From: Acidimicrobiia bacterium
Lineage (GTDB): Bacteria; Actinomycetota; Acidimicrobiia; Spongiisociales; UBA5794
Assembly (NCBI GenBank): GCA_029939995.1
Contig: JAOZRW010000005.1
Location: forward strand, 8,730-72,729
Direction: 5' to 3'
Length of the DNA: 64,000 bases
The notes under the pieces are model-generated. The model ran no database searches. It saw only the letters and a program-made list of their open reading frames with translations, and had not been told where the DNA came from. Position numbers and translations under genes: made by a program. Shown in pieces: positions 10,104 to 18,120 of this stretch (the stretch's first letter is position 1; each line of letters begins with the position of its first letter).

Positions 10104-10768
10104 GTCTCCTGTAGGGGTCTGGCCGTCAACACCCCGATGATGGCCACGACGAGGACAACGGCAACCATCAACAACACCCAGGACAGGATACCGTATCCCC
10201 CCTGCAAACCGTCGTAGGTCTGGGTGGCTCCGAGCAGTAGCGGAACCGACAGCGGGGCGACGAGAAGGGGGACGAGGGCCGTGCCCGCGCTCGAGCTGTT
10301 GACGATCGCGGCGGTCAGTGTTCCGAGGAGCGCGAGGCCTGCTGCGACGAGCAGCAGGGTCAGCGCGAGCCACCCGATTCCGATGATCGAGATGTCGTAG
10401 AGGCCTATGGCGACGATGCCGACGACGGCCTCGAAGATCAGCAGGAATATCGCTGAGGAGACCGTTCTGCCGACGAAGCCGGCCGCCGGGTCGAGGCCGA
10501 GCAACGCAGACGCATCCTGCTGCGGAAGCGTCTCGCGCGACGCCCGACTGACGGCGACGAGGACCCCGAACAGCATCACGATGACCCAGTACATGCCGGG
10601 TCCGATCTCCCGTAGGAGAACGGCGTCGGTTCCGATAGCGAGGGGGATGAGGAGCAGCGCGATCGCGCCGAACGGGATGGTGATCCAGAGCATGTCGCCC
10701 TGGCGCCGCTCGCGAAGGAGATCGCGATCGACAACGGCGCGCACCTGGTGCCAGAATCCGGTGATCAC
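10100..10768 (-). CDS. ccmB: Heme exporter permease CcmB
   Basis: 222 aa, six predicted TM helices; GTG start overlaps the ccmA stop (GTGA). Confidence 0.85.
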   Translation of the reverse strand: MITGFWHQVRAVVDRDLLRERRQGDMLWITIPFGAIALLLIPLAIGTDAVLLREIGPGMYWVIVMLFGVLVAVSRASRETLPQQDASALLGLDPAAGFVGRTVSSAIFLLIFEAVVGIVAIGLYDISIIGIGWLALTLLLVAAGLALLGTLTAAIVNSSSAGTALVPLLVAPLSVPLLLGATQTYDGLQGGYGILSWVLLMVAVVLVVAIIGVLTARPLQET

Positions 10769-11406
10769 GTCAGCGTCCCCCCGACGAGGTCGACGGTGCG
10801 ATGCGCGATGGCCCCGACCCGGTCGCGGTCGTGGGAGACGACGATGACCGCGCCCCCCTCCGCGGCCTTCCTCTCGATGAGACCTTCGACGAGATCGACG
10901 GCGTCCCGATCGAGTGCCGAGTGGGGTTCGTCGAGGAGCAGGAGCGATCGATCGATCATCAGCTCCCTGGCGAACTCGGTCCTGCGCTGCATGCCGTGCG
11001 AGGCGGCACCGGCGGGTCGATCGGCGGCGCCGGCCAACCCCACGGCGGCGAGCGCCCCCGCGACCCGATCGGTCGACACGCCGGCGACACGTGCGGCGTA
11101 CCGGAGGTTCTCGGCGAGGGTCAGTTCGGGGAAGATCCCGGGCACGTGACCGATCATTCCGATTCGCCTGCGCACGTCGTAGCGCTCCGCCGACGACAGG
11201 TCGGCACCGAGAACCGTGCCGCTCCCCTGTGCCGGCCGGATCAACGTCGCGATCAGGCGCAATGCCGTGGTCTTCCCTGCACCGTTGGCGCCGAAGAGAC
11301 CGACGACCTCGCCCGCCTCGATCTCGAGGTCGACGTCCCGCAGGATCTGACTGGATCCGATGCGTACGCCGACACCGCTGAGTTCGACGAGGGGTGCTCC
11401 GCTCAC
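10765..11406 (-). CDS. ccmA: Heme exporter ATP-binding protein CcmA (ABC ATPase)
   Basis: Walker A GANGAGKTT, ABC signature and Walker B LLLLDEP, H-loop VSHD; first gene of the ccm operon. Confidence 0.9.
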   Translation of the reverse strand: MSGAPLVELSGVGVRIGSSQILRDVDLEIEAGEVVGLFGANGAGKTTALRLIATLIRPAQGSGTVLGADLSSAERYDVRRRIGMIGHVPGIFPELTLAENLRYAARVAGVSTDRVAGALAAVGLAGAADRPAGAASHGMQRRTEFARELMIDRSLLLLDEPHSALDRDAVDLVEGLIERKAAEGGAVIVVSHDRDRVGAIAHRTVDLVGGTLT

Positions 11407-11481
11407 AATCGGGAAGTGTATGGACCTCCGTGTTGTTGAAGAACGGAACCCCGGGAAGCTCCGGGAACGTCGAAAGTAGAA

Positions 11482-11497
11482 ATACCCCCAGGGGTAT
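11482..11497. promoter_or_regulatory. Perfect palindrome ATACCCC-CA-GGGGTAT in the ccmA / thioredoxin divergent promoter region; candidate operator
   Basis: 7-bp inverted arms with a 2-bp spacer, read directly; sits 45 bp upstream of the trx ATG and about 75 bp upstream of the ccmA start. Confidence 0.3.
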
Positions 11498-11541
11498 TAT
11501 CGTTGGCAGAGCGAAACACACCGAAACGGAGATCCAACCCA

Positions 11542-11961
11542 ATGGCAACCGTCAACCTCACTAAGGACACCTTCGAGGAGACCATCCTCAACAACGACAT
11601 CGTGCTCGTCGACTTCTGGGCCGAATGGTGCGGACCGTGCAAGTCGTTCGCGCCCAACTACGCGGCCGCGTCCGAGAAGCATCCGAACATCGTGTTCGGC
11701 AAGGTCGACACCGAAGCAGAGCCCGAGCTCGCCGGCTACTTCCAGATCCGCTCGATCCCGACGCTCATGGCGTTCAAGGAGCAGATCGGTGTCTTCTCGC
11801 AGCCCGGCGCCCTCCCGGAGAACGTCCTTCTGGATCTCATCGGCCAGATCGAAGCCCTCGACATGGACGCCGTCCGCAAGGAGATCGAGAGCGAAGGCGA
11901 AGGCGAAGGTCACGACCACGACCACGACCACGACCACTCTGAGGCTCCGGCGAGCAGCTGA
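11542..11961 (+). CDS. trxA: Thioredoxin with a C-terminal EGEGEG-HDHDHDHDH tail
   Basis: VLVDFWAEWCGPCKSFAP canonical WCGPC active site; ATG at 11542 preceded by GGAG; C-terminal (HD)4 repeat encoded by a gaccac microsatellite. Confidence 0.85.
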   Translation: MATVNLTKDTFEETILNNDIVLVDFWAEWCGPCKSFAPNYAAASEKHPNIVFGKVDTEAEPELAGYFQIRSIPTLMAFKEQIGVFSQPGALPENVLLDLIGQIEALDMDAVRKEIESEGEGEGHDHDHDHDHSEAPASS

Positions 11962-11984
11962 CCGCAGCTCCGGACCATGTGTCG

Positions 11985-12018
11985 AAGGACCCGGGACTTC
12001 CCGGGTCCTTCTTCATTG
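11985..12018. terminator. Bidirectional intrinsic terminator hairpin between convergent trx and the DUF2007 gene
   Basis: Perfect 13-bp inverted repeat GAAGGACCCGGGA-CT-TCCCGGGTCCTTC followed by TTCATTG. Confidence 0.55.
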
Positions 12019-12058
12019 CCGCACGAACGAGTCCGCGAACACGACGCGGCTTCGCGAC

Positions 12059-12271
12059 CTATCGGTTCACGAGGTCCGCGATGAGCCGCTGAGCCTCGTC
12101 CAGATCCTTGCGATACACCATGACGTTCAGCCGGTACGCGCCGACCATGCCCGGTTCGGTGATCACCGACGCCGGGATGTCCGCATCCATGAGCCGCCCC
12201 CATGCCTCATCGGCCACATCGCGGTCGGTGAAGAGCGCCGCTGCTACGAGATCGTCGGGTTTCGCCATCAT
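12059..12271 (-). CDS. Small DUF2007-like protein (putative signal-transducing protein fold)
   Basis: 70 aa MMAKPDDLVAAALFTDRDVADEAWGRLMDADIPA...; GGAGGG RBS; ATG overlaps the pmbA stop (ATGA). Confidence 0.5.
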   Translation of the reverse strand: MMAKPDDLVAAALFTDRDVADEAWGRLMDADIPASVITEPGMVGAYRLNVMVYRKDLDEAQRLIADLVNR

Positions 12272-13599
12272 CCCTCCGCCCCGCCGGTGAAGTTCCACGA
12301 TCCGAGGTGCATCGTCGGAACGATCGTGATGCCGGGCCCGAACTCCGAATCCGCGAACCGGGCGTCGTCGCCGAGTCCGAGGATCTTCCCGTCACCGAGT
12401 GCGTCGACGAACGACTGCGTGAACCGCATGTTCGTCACGGCGTCGGTGATGCGTCCGTTCTCGATCATGAACGTCCCGTTCCTCGTGAGACCGGTGACGA
12501 CCATCGTCTTCGGGTCGAGGATCCGGCAGTAGTTGAACGTCGAGACGTAGATCCCGCGCTCGACGTCCGCGATGAGATCGCCGACCGTCTTGTCCCCGCC
12601 GCCGATGAACAGGTTCGTCGGGATCGGGCCCCATCCCTCGGCTCCGGGGACGTTGTTGCCGTTCGGTTCGACGCCCGCCTTCTTCGCCGTCTTGCGGTTG
12701 TGGGCAACGGCACGCGTGACGCCGTCCTCGACGAGTTCCAGGCGCCGTTTCGGCGTCCCCTCGGTGTCGAACGGGACACCGAGGGCTCGCGGATCGGTGA
12801 CGTCGTCCCAGAAACGGAACCGTTCGTCGAACTGCTTCGTGCCGAGATCCACGAACGACTGCCCCTCCTCGAGCATCTTGCCGTTGAACCCGTAGAAGGC
12901 GAGGAAGATCGCGATCGTGCCGACGGCCTCGGGGGCGAGGATGACCTCGTACTCCCCCGGTTTCGCATCGAACGGCGTCGCCGAGTCGATGGCCCGCTGC
13001 GCCGCGATGCGGCCGATGACGGCTCCGTCGAGGTCCCCGATGGCCGCTGATGCTGCATGGCCCGTGCCGGCCGACGTGGCCGTCTGGTGGATGCCGTCGA
13101 CGATGGCGTTCGTCTGGCGCCCCTCGGCGGCCTGGCCCGCGGAGTTCGCGAACGCGATGGATCGCCCTTCGGTCTGGCAGTAGCCGGCGGCGAGCATGCC
13201 GGGACCCGAGTCGACGAAGTCCTTGACGATGGCCGCCCGCGCCTGAGGCGACGCGTCGTAGGTGGCGTCGTCGGCGTGGACCACGTCCGGCACCGCACGC
13301 GGCGGTGCAAGGCCCGGCCAGTCCTCATCGACCGGCTGGAGCGCCGCGGTCTCGAGCGCCCCGTCGACGAACGCGGCGAGGGTCTCCGACCCGGTGGTCG
13401 TCGTCTTCGCGGAGGCCACCCGTCCGTCGACGGCGACACGCAGGCTCACGGCTTCGCCGACCTCCGCGACGTTCTGATGGATGAAGGAGTTGGCGAATCG
13501 CGTCAAGGCGAGATTGCCGGTCGACGCGACCACTTCGGCCTCGGCCCGATCGCCGACGAGATCGAGCACCTGCTCGGTGAGTTGCGACGCCCGGCTCAT
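12268..13599 (-). CDS. pmbA: PmbA/TldE metalloprotease-family protein (TldD/PmbA family)
   Basis: About 443 aa from MSRASQLTEQVLDLV...; TldD/PmbA fold; start overlaps the tldD stop (ATGA). Confidence 0.8.
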   Translation of the reverse strand: MSRASQLTEQVLDLVGDRAEAEVVASTGNLALTRFANSFIHQNVAEVGEAVSLRVAVDGRVASAKTTTTGSETLAAFVDGALETAALQPVDEDWPGLAPPRAVPDVVHADDATYDASPQARAAIVKDFVDSGPGMLAAGYCQTEGRSIAFANSAGQAAEGRQTNAIVDGIHQTATSAGTGHAASAAIGDLDGAVIGRIAAQRAIDSATPFDAKPGEYEVILAPEAVGTIAIFLAFYGFNGKMLEEGQSFVDLGTKQFDERFRFWDDVTDPRALGVPFDTEGTPKRRLELVEDGVTRAVAHNRKTAKKAGVEPNGNNVPGAEGWGPIPTNLFIGGGDKTVGDLIADVERGIYVSTFNYCRILDPKTMVVTGLTRNGTFMIENGRITDAVTNMRFTQSFVDALGDGKILGLGDDARFADSEFGPGITIVPTMHLGSWNFTGGAEG

Positions 13600-15035
13600 C
13601 CTCGCACCCCCACACGCACGTTCTTGAATCGGCCCGGACCGGCGGAGTGCCCCGTATGGGCGACCTGTATCGGCTGCCCCTTGCCGCAGTTCGGCGTGCC
13701 CCAGTGGATCCACTCGTCGTCCCCTGCGAGCCGGTCGAGACTCCCCCAGAAAACCGGGCCGATCCCCGTATAGGTGGGGTTCTTCAGCATGCGGCCCCGC
13801 TTGCCGTTCTTGATCTCCCACGCGATCTCCGTACCGAACTGGAAGTTGAGGCGCTTGTCGTCGATCGACCACGACCGGTTGGTCGCCATGTACACCCCGT
13901 CCTTCGTGTCGGCGATGATCTCGTCGAGCGACGAATCACCGGGGAGGAGGCCGACGTTCGTCATCCGGACCATCGGCAGGCGGTTGTAGCCGTCGCCGCG
14001 GACCATGCCGCCGGGCGGCAGGCCGGCGATCGCGGCGGAGTCCCGCCCGGAGAGGACACCGACCCAGGTGCCGTGATCGACGATCGGAACCCGCTGAGCC
14101 TTCGTCCCCTCGTCGTCGTAGCCGAAGGTCCCGAGCGCACCGGGGAGCGTCGCGTCGGCGGTGATGTTCATCAGGTCCGACCCGAACCGGAAGCTACCGA
14201 GCTTCGGAAGCTGAAGATGGGACGTGCCGGCGAACGCCGCCTCCCATCCGAGGATCCGATCGAGTTCGATGGCGTGACCGACCGACTCGTGGATCTGGAG
14301 CGCGAGCTGGGAGCCCTCGAGGATGAGGTCGGTCTCCCGCTCATCCAACTCGTCGGCGGTGAGCAGAGCGACCGCTTCCTCGGCGACCCGTCCGGCGTTC
14401 GCAGCGAAGTCCCACTTGCGGATTACCTCGTAACCACCCGTCTCGTACTGGCCGAACGACTGGGGGTAGGACCGGCGCTGGCTCTCGCGCTCTCCGAGCG
14501 CCGTCGCGTCGAACCCGCCTCCCGACTCGACGAGATGCTGGTGGATGCGGTGCCCCTGCGATGAGACGAACCATTTGTTCGTGTCGTAGAACGTGAGGTT
14601 GCCGGTAGCGATCGCGATCCCGTCCACGCCCTGCATGGTCTTCGTCACACCGATGAGCAGATCGACCTTCTCGGAGAGGGGGATCGTGAGCGGGTCCTCG
14701 ACGAACGGTGTCTCGTAGGTGTCCCGGACCACGTCGACGTCGGCGAACTCGATCGGATCACCCGGCACGATGGCGCTGGCGCGTGCGATCTCGGCCGCAC
14801 GCTCACCCGCGGCGGCGGCCGACCGGCGTGAGATGTCGGCGGTCGCGAAGAACCCCCAGGAGGATCCGATGAGCGCCCGGACGCCGATCCCGGCCTGCTC
14901 CGTGCGATCGAGGGACCGGACCGCCTGATTCTGCACGTCGATCGATTCCTGTTTGCTCACGACGGCCCGAGCATCGGCGTATGTGGCGCCGGCGGCGAGG
15001 GCGCCTTCAACGGCTGCTGTTGCATATTCGAACAT
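13596..15035 (-). CDS. tldD: TldD family metalloprotease
   Basis: About 479 aa from MFEYATAAVEGALAAGATYADARAV...; HESVGHAIELDR (TldD HExxxH-type motif) and the C-terminal GxC...GxG region typical of TldD. Confidence 0.85.
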   Translation of the reverse strand: MFEYATAAVEGALAAGATYADARAVVSKQESIDVQNQAVRSLDRTEQAGIGVRALIGSSWGFFATADISRRSAAAAGERAAEIARASAIVPGDPIEFADVDVVRDTYETPFVEDPLTIPLSEKVDLLIGVTKTMQGVDGIAIATGNLTFYDTNKWFVSSQGHRIHQHLVESGGGFDATALGERESQRRSYPQSFGQYETGGYEVIRKWDFAANAGRVAEEAVALLTADELDERETDLILEGSQLALQIHESVGHAIELDRILGWEAAFAGTSHLQLPKLGSFRFGSDLMNITADATLPGALGTFGYDDEGTKAQRVPIVDHGTWVGVLSGRDSAAIAGLPPGGMVRGDGYNRLPMVRMTNVGLLPGDSSLDEIIADTKDGVYMATNRSWSIDDKRLNFQFGTEIAWEIKNGKRGRMLKNPTYTGIGPVFWGSLDRLAGDDEWIHWGTPNCGKGQPIQVAHTGHSAGPGRFKNVRVGVRG

Positions 15036-15168
15036 GCAGTCAGAGTAGCGACTCCCACTGCTGGATCCATCCGCCAGAGATGACAAGTGCCCAACTAGGG
15101 AATTATGGCCCTGGTGGTCGAGCGCGCGAGCCTCGATACTCGCAGAGGTAGTTGAGAGTGGGAACTCA

Positions 15169-15735
15169 GTGAAGAACTGGTGGAAGAATCAGTCCGGTTC
15201 GAGAAAGGCGCTGGTCGTCATCGGCGGCGTCGTTTTCTTGTTCCTTGCTCTCGTCGTGTTTCCGGCCGCGGCCTGGTACGTCGGTACCGAAGGCATCATC
15301 GCTACCTCCGATGCCGAGTACTGCAGTGGATGCCACACGATGGAGCAGTTCGTCAATGCCAACGCGGACAGCGTGCACGGCGGCGACAACCAGTGGGGAA
15401 TCAGAGCTGAGTGCGTCGACTGCCACCTCCCCCACAACAACGCCTTCAACTATCTCATCTCGAAGATCAGGCGGGGCAGCTACGACATCTGGTACGAGGT
15501 GTTCCACGACACGTCGAACATCGACTGGAAAGCCAAAGACGATGCCCGGGAGGAGTTCGTCTTCGATTCAGGATGCATGACCTGCCACGACAAGTTGCAC
15601 ACGGCGACCCAAGGATTCCCGCCGCACGACAACTACTTCGCCGGTGTGACCGACTCGAAGTGCGTGACGTGCCACAACGACATCGGCCACTCCAACGTGA
15701 ACATGTATCAACTCGAGCACAAGTACAAGCATTGA
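15169..15735 (+). CDS. nrfH: NapC/NirT/NrfH-family membrane-anchored tetraheme cytochrome c (quinol dehydrogenase)
   Basis: N-terminal TM helix and four CxxCH motifs (CSGCH, CVDCH, CMTCH, CVTCH) in 188 aa. Confidence 0.85.
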   Translation: MKNWWKNQSGSRKALVVIGGVVFLFLALVVFPAAAWYVGTEGIIATSDAEYCSGCHTMEQFVNANADSVHGGDNQWGIRAECVDCHLPHNNAFNYLISKIRRGSYDIWYEVFHDTSNIDWKAKDDAREEFVFDSGCMTCHDKLHTATQGFPPHDNYFAGVTDSKCVTCHNDIGHSNVNMYQLEHKYKH

Positions 15736-15769
15736 AACGCGAACAGCGCACGATCCAAGGAGGAGTTCG

Positions 15770-17098
15770 GTGAAACGGCACAGATGGCAGACGGGACTCT
15801 GGGCCGCTGCATTGATCATGATCCTTGCCCTCATCGCGGTGGGGTGCAGCGGCGACGCCTCGGGTGAGGAAGGAGAGGTGGCGGGTGATCCGCTCGCCAA
15901 CCTCACCGAAGAGGCGAAGGCTTGTGTGGAGTGCCACGCCACCGAAACTCCGGGCATCGCCGCCGATTGGGATGCCAGCGTCCACGCGCAGGAGGCGGTG
16001 TCGTGCGTCGACTGCCACGAAGTAGCCGCCGACTCGCCGCTGGCCATCCCCGACATCGAAGGCCACGAGGACGTCACGATCGCAGTCGCTTCGCTCGTCC
16101 AGCCGAACACGTGCGCCGAGTGCCACGAGGACCAGGTCGCCGAGTTCAACGCGAGCGGCCACTACCGGGCGGCCCTCCAGATCGAGCCGAAAGCCGGCCT
16201 CCAGGCGCTCAAGTTCGTCCATGAGGGGCAGAACCACCCCGAGGTGAGCGGCGCGTCGGACGAGACCGGATGCGTGCAGTGCCACGGCACACGCCTGGAG
16301 GTCGAGAACGGCCGGCCCACCGCGGCGACCTATCCGTCCGCCGGCATCGGGACGATCTGGCCCGACGGATCCGTCGGCAACTGCGCCGTATGCCACACGC
16401 GGCACTCGTTCGAGATGGCCGAAGCCCGCAAGCCCGAAGCGTGCGCCAGTTGCCACCTCGGACCGGACCATCCGGACATCGAGATCTACAAGGACACGAA
16501 GCACGGGCAGATCTACGACACCGAGGGCGATGAGTGGACGTGGGACAGCCCCTCCGGCGAGTGGGAGCCGGGCGACTACCGGGCACCGACGTGTGCGACC
16601 TGCCACATGAGCGGCATCGGCGATCTCGAAACGACGCACAACATCTCCGAGCGCCTGTACTGGAACCTCTGGGCTCCTCGGTCCGAGGTCCGCAACGTGC
16701 AAGATCCGATGTCCGGACTCAACGGCGATGGGCCCGCCGGCCGGGCGTTGATGGAGCAGGTCTGCTCCGAATGCCACTCCGGCGACCACACCGAGAAGTA
16801 CTTCTCGAGCGGCGACGACGCCGTCCAGCTGTACAACGAGTCCTACTACGACCCGGCGATCGCGATGAAGACGGAGCTCGCGGACAAGGGTCTCCTCAAG
16901 GAGAACCCGTGGGCCGACGAGTTCCAGATCCTGTACTACCACCTGTGGCATCACGAGGGACGCCGTGCCCGGCAGGGCGCGATGATGGGCGGTCCCGACT
17001 ACGCCCACTGGCACGGGTTCTTCGAGCTCCAGCAGGATCTCTACCGGATGCAGGACATCTACAACCTGAGGCTCGAGACCGGAGAGATCGAAAGCTGA
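15770..17098 (+). CDS. Octaheme c-type cytochrome lipoprotein (HAO / octaheme multiheme cytochrome c-like), partner of NrfH
   Basis: Lipobox LIAVGC; eight CxxCH motifs (CVECH, CVDCH, CAECH, CVQCH, CAVCH, CASCH, CATCH, CSECH) in 442 aa. Confidence 0.85.
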   Translation: MKRHRWQTGLWAAALIMILALIAVGCSGDASGEEGEVAGDPLANLTEEAKACVECHATETPGIAADWDASVHAQEAVSCVDCHEVAADSPLAIPDIEGHEDVTIAVASLVQPNTCAECHEDQVAEFNASGHYRAALQIEPKAGLQALKFVHEGQNHPEVSGASDETGCVQCHGTRLEVENGRPTAATYPSAGIGTIWPDGSVGNCAVCHTRHSFEMAEARKPEACASCHLGPDHPDIEIYKDTKHGQIYDTEGDEWTWDSPSGEWEPGDYRAPTCATCHMSGIGDLETTHNISERLYWNLWAPRSEVRNVQDPMSGLNGDGPAGRALMEQVCSECHSGDHTEKYFSSGDDAVQLYNESYYDPAIAMKTELADKGLLKENPWADEFQILYYHLWHHEGRRARQGAMMGGPDYAHWHGFFELQQDLYRMQDIYNLRLETGEIES

Positions 17099-17123
17099 CG
17101 AGTCTCCCACCGACACGACGGTC

Positions 17124-17150
17124 CCCGCTCCCCCCGGCGGGGTTCCGTCG
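17124..17150 (+). terminator. Candidate GC-rich terminator hairpin after the octaheme cytochrome gene
   Basis: CCCCGC-TCCCCCCG-GCGGGG then TTCC; no strong U tract (common in high-GC genomes). Confidence 0.3.
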
Positions 17151-17258
17151 CGTACGGCCCCCGTTGCGCCGATCCCGTGCACATCGACCGGATCACGACG
17201 TTCATGGAACCAGGGTCGGATACCGAGCGTTGTCCCCTTACGCGACCGGGAGCACCGC

Positions 17259-18092
17259 ATGTGCCGTCTCTATGGATTCCGAGCCACCGATCCCACCCTC
17301 ATCGAGTGCAGTCTCGTCGAGGCGCAGAACGCGTTGCTCAAGCAGAGCGACCGGGACACCCGCGGCGTCACGAACCCCGATGGTTGGGGAATCGCGACGT
17401 GGGGCACCGACGGCCTGCAGATCGAGCGGCGCACCCGCTCCGCCGCCGACGATCTGGTCTTCACCCAGGTGGCGGCGGGGGCCCGTCCGACGACCGCGAT
17501 CGCCCATGTGCGGGCGGCGACCGTCGGCGGCCCGACGCCCGGCAACACGCATCCGTTCCGCTTCGGACCGTGGGTCTTCGCCCACAACGGAACCCTGACG
17601 GCGTTCGACCGCGTCGCGCCGCTCCTCGACACCGGACTGTTCCCACCTTCGGGAACCACCGACTCGGAGCACATCTTCATGTGGATGCTCCGCCGGATGC
17701 CCGAATTCGGACTCGACCCGAGACGGCCCGCCGATTCCCCCCGGCCGATCGAACATCTCCTCACCGCCGCCATCGCCGATCTCGACGCCACGGCGGCGGC
17801 CGTCGGCGCTCGCACATCTCCGAAGCTGAACTTCCTCATCTCCGACGGTGCGAACCTCGTCGCGTCGAGGTGGGGGAACACGCTCTACTGGACCTTCCGG
17901 GACTCGGTCCCCGACTGTGCCGTCTGCGGGCTCCCGCACTGTGACGAGGTGGCAGACCGGTACCGTGCGGTCGCGATCGCTTCAGAGCCGATCACGTCGG
18001 AACAGTGGACGGAAGTGCCGGAGGGATCCATCGTGTCAGTCGACCGGTCGGTATCGGTGACGACGAGCGACCTGCTCGCACGCGCCGCCTGA
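17259..18092 (+). CDS. Class II (Ntn, N-terminal Cys) glutamine amidotransferase-domain protein (YafJ/EgtC-like)
   Basis: Starts MCRLYGF (Cys2 nucleophile), ...NPDGWGIATW..., HNGTL motif typical of GATase class II domains. Confidence 0.65.
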   Translation: MCRLYGFRATDPTLIECSLVEAQNALLKQSDRDTRGVTNPDGWGIATWGTDGLQIERRTRSAADDLVFTQVAAGARPTTAIAHVRAATVGGPTPGNTHPFRFGPWVFAHNGTLTAFDRVAPLLDTGLFPPSGTTDSEHIFMWMLRRMPEFGLDPRRPADSPRPIEHLLTAAIADLDATAAAVGARTSPKLNFLISDGANLVASRWGNTLYWTFRDSVPDCAVCGLPHCDEVADRYRAVAIASEPITSEQWTEVPEGSIVSVDRSVSVTTSDLLARAA

Positions 18093-18120
18093 ATTCGGCC
18101 GACTTGCACGACCGGGGTCG

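Noticed and set aside
11890-11945. gaccac hexanucleotide tandem repeat; possible CRISPR or microsatellite
   Set aside because: It is coding: it specifies the (HD)n C-terminal tail of thioredoxin. No spacer-repeat architecture and no cas genes; there are no CRISPR arrays in the window.
12465-13439. 324-aa minus-strand ORF rich in S/P/R/T and 247-aa plus ORF 12307..13050
   Set aside because: Alternative frame or antisense of pmbA; composition (SPSTDGWPPRRRRP...) is a frame artefact.
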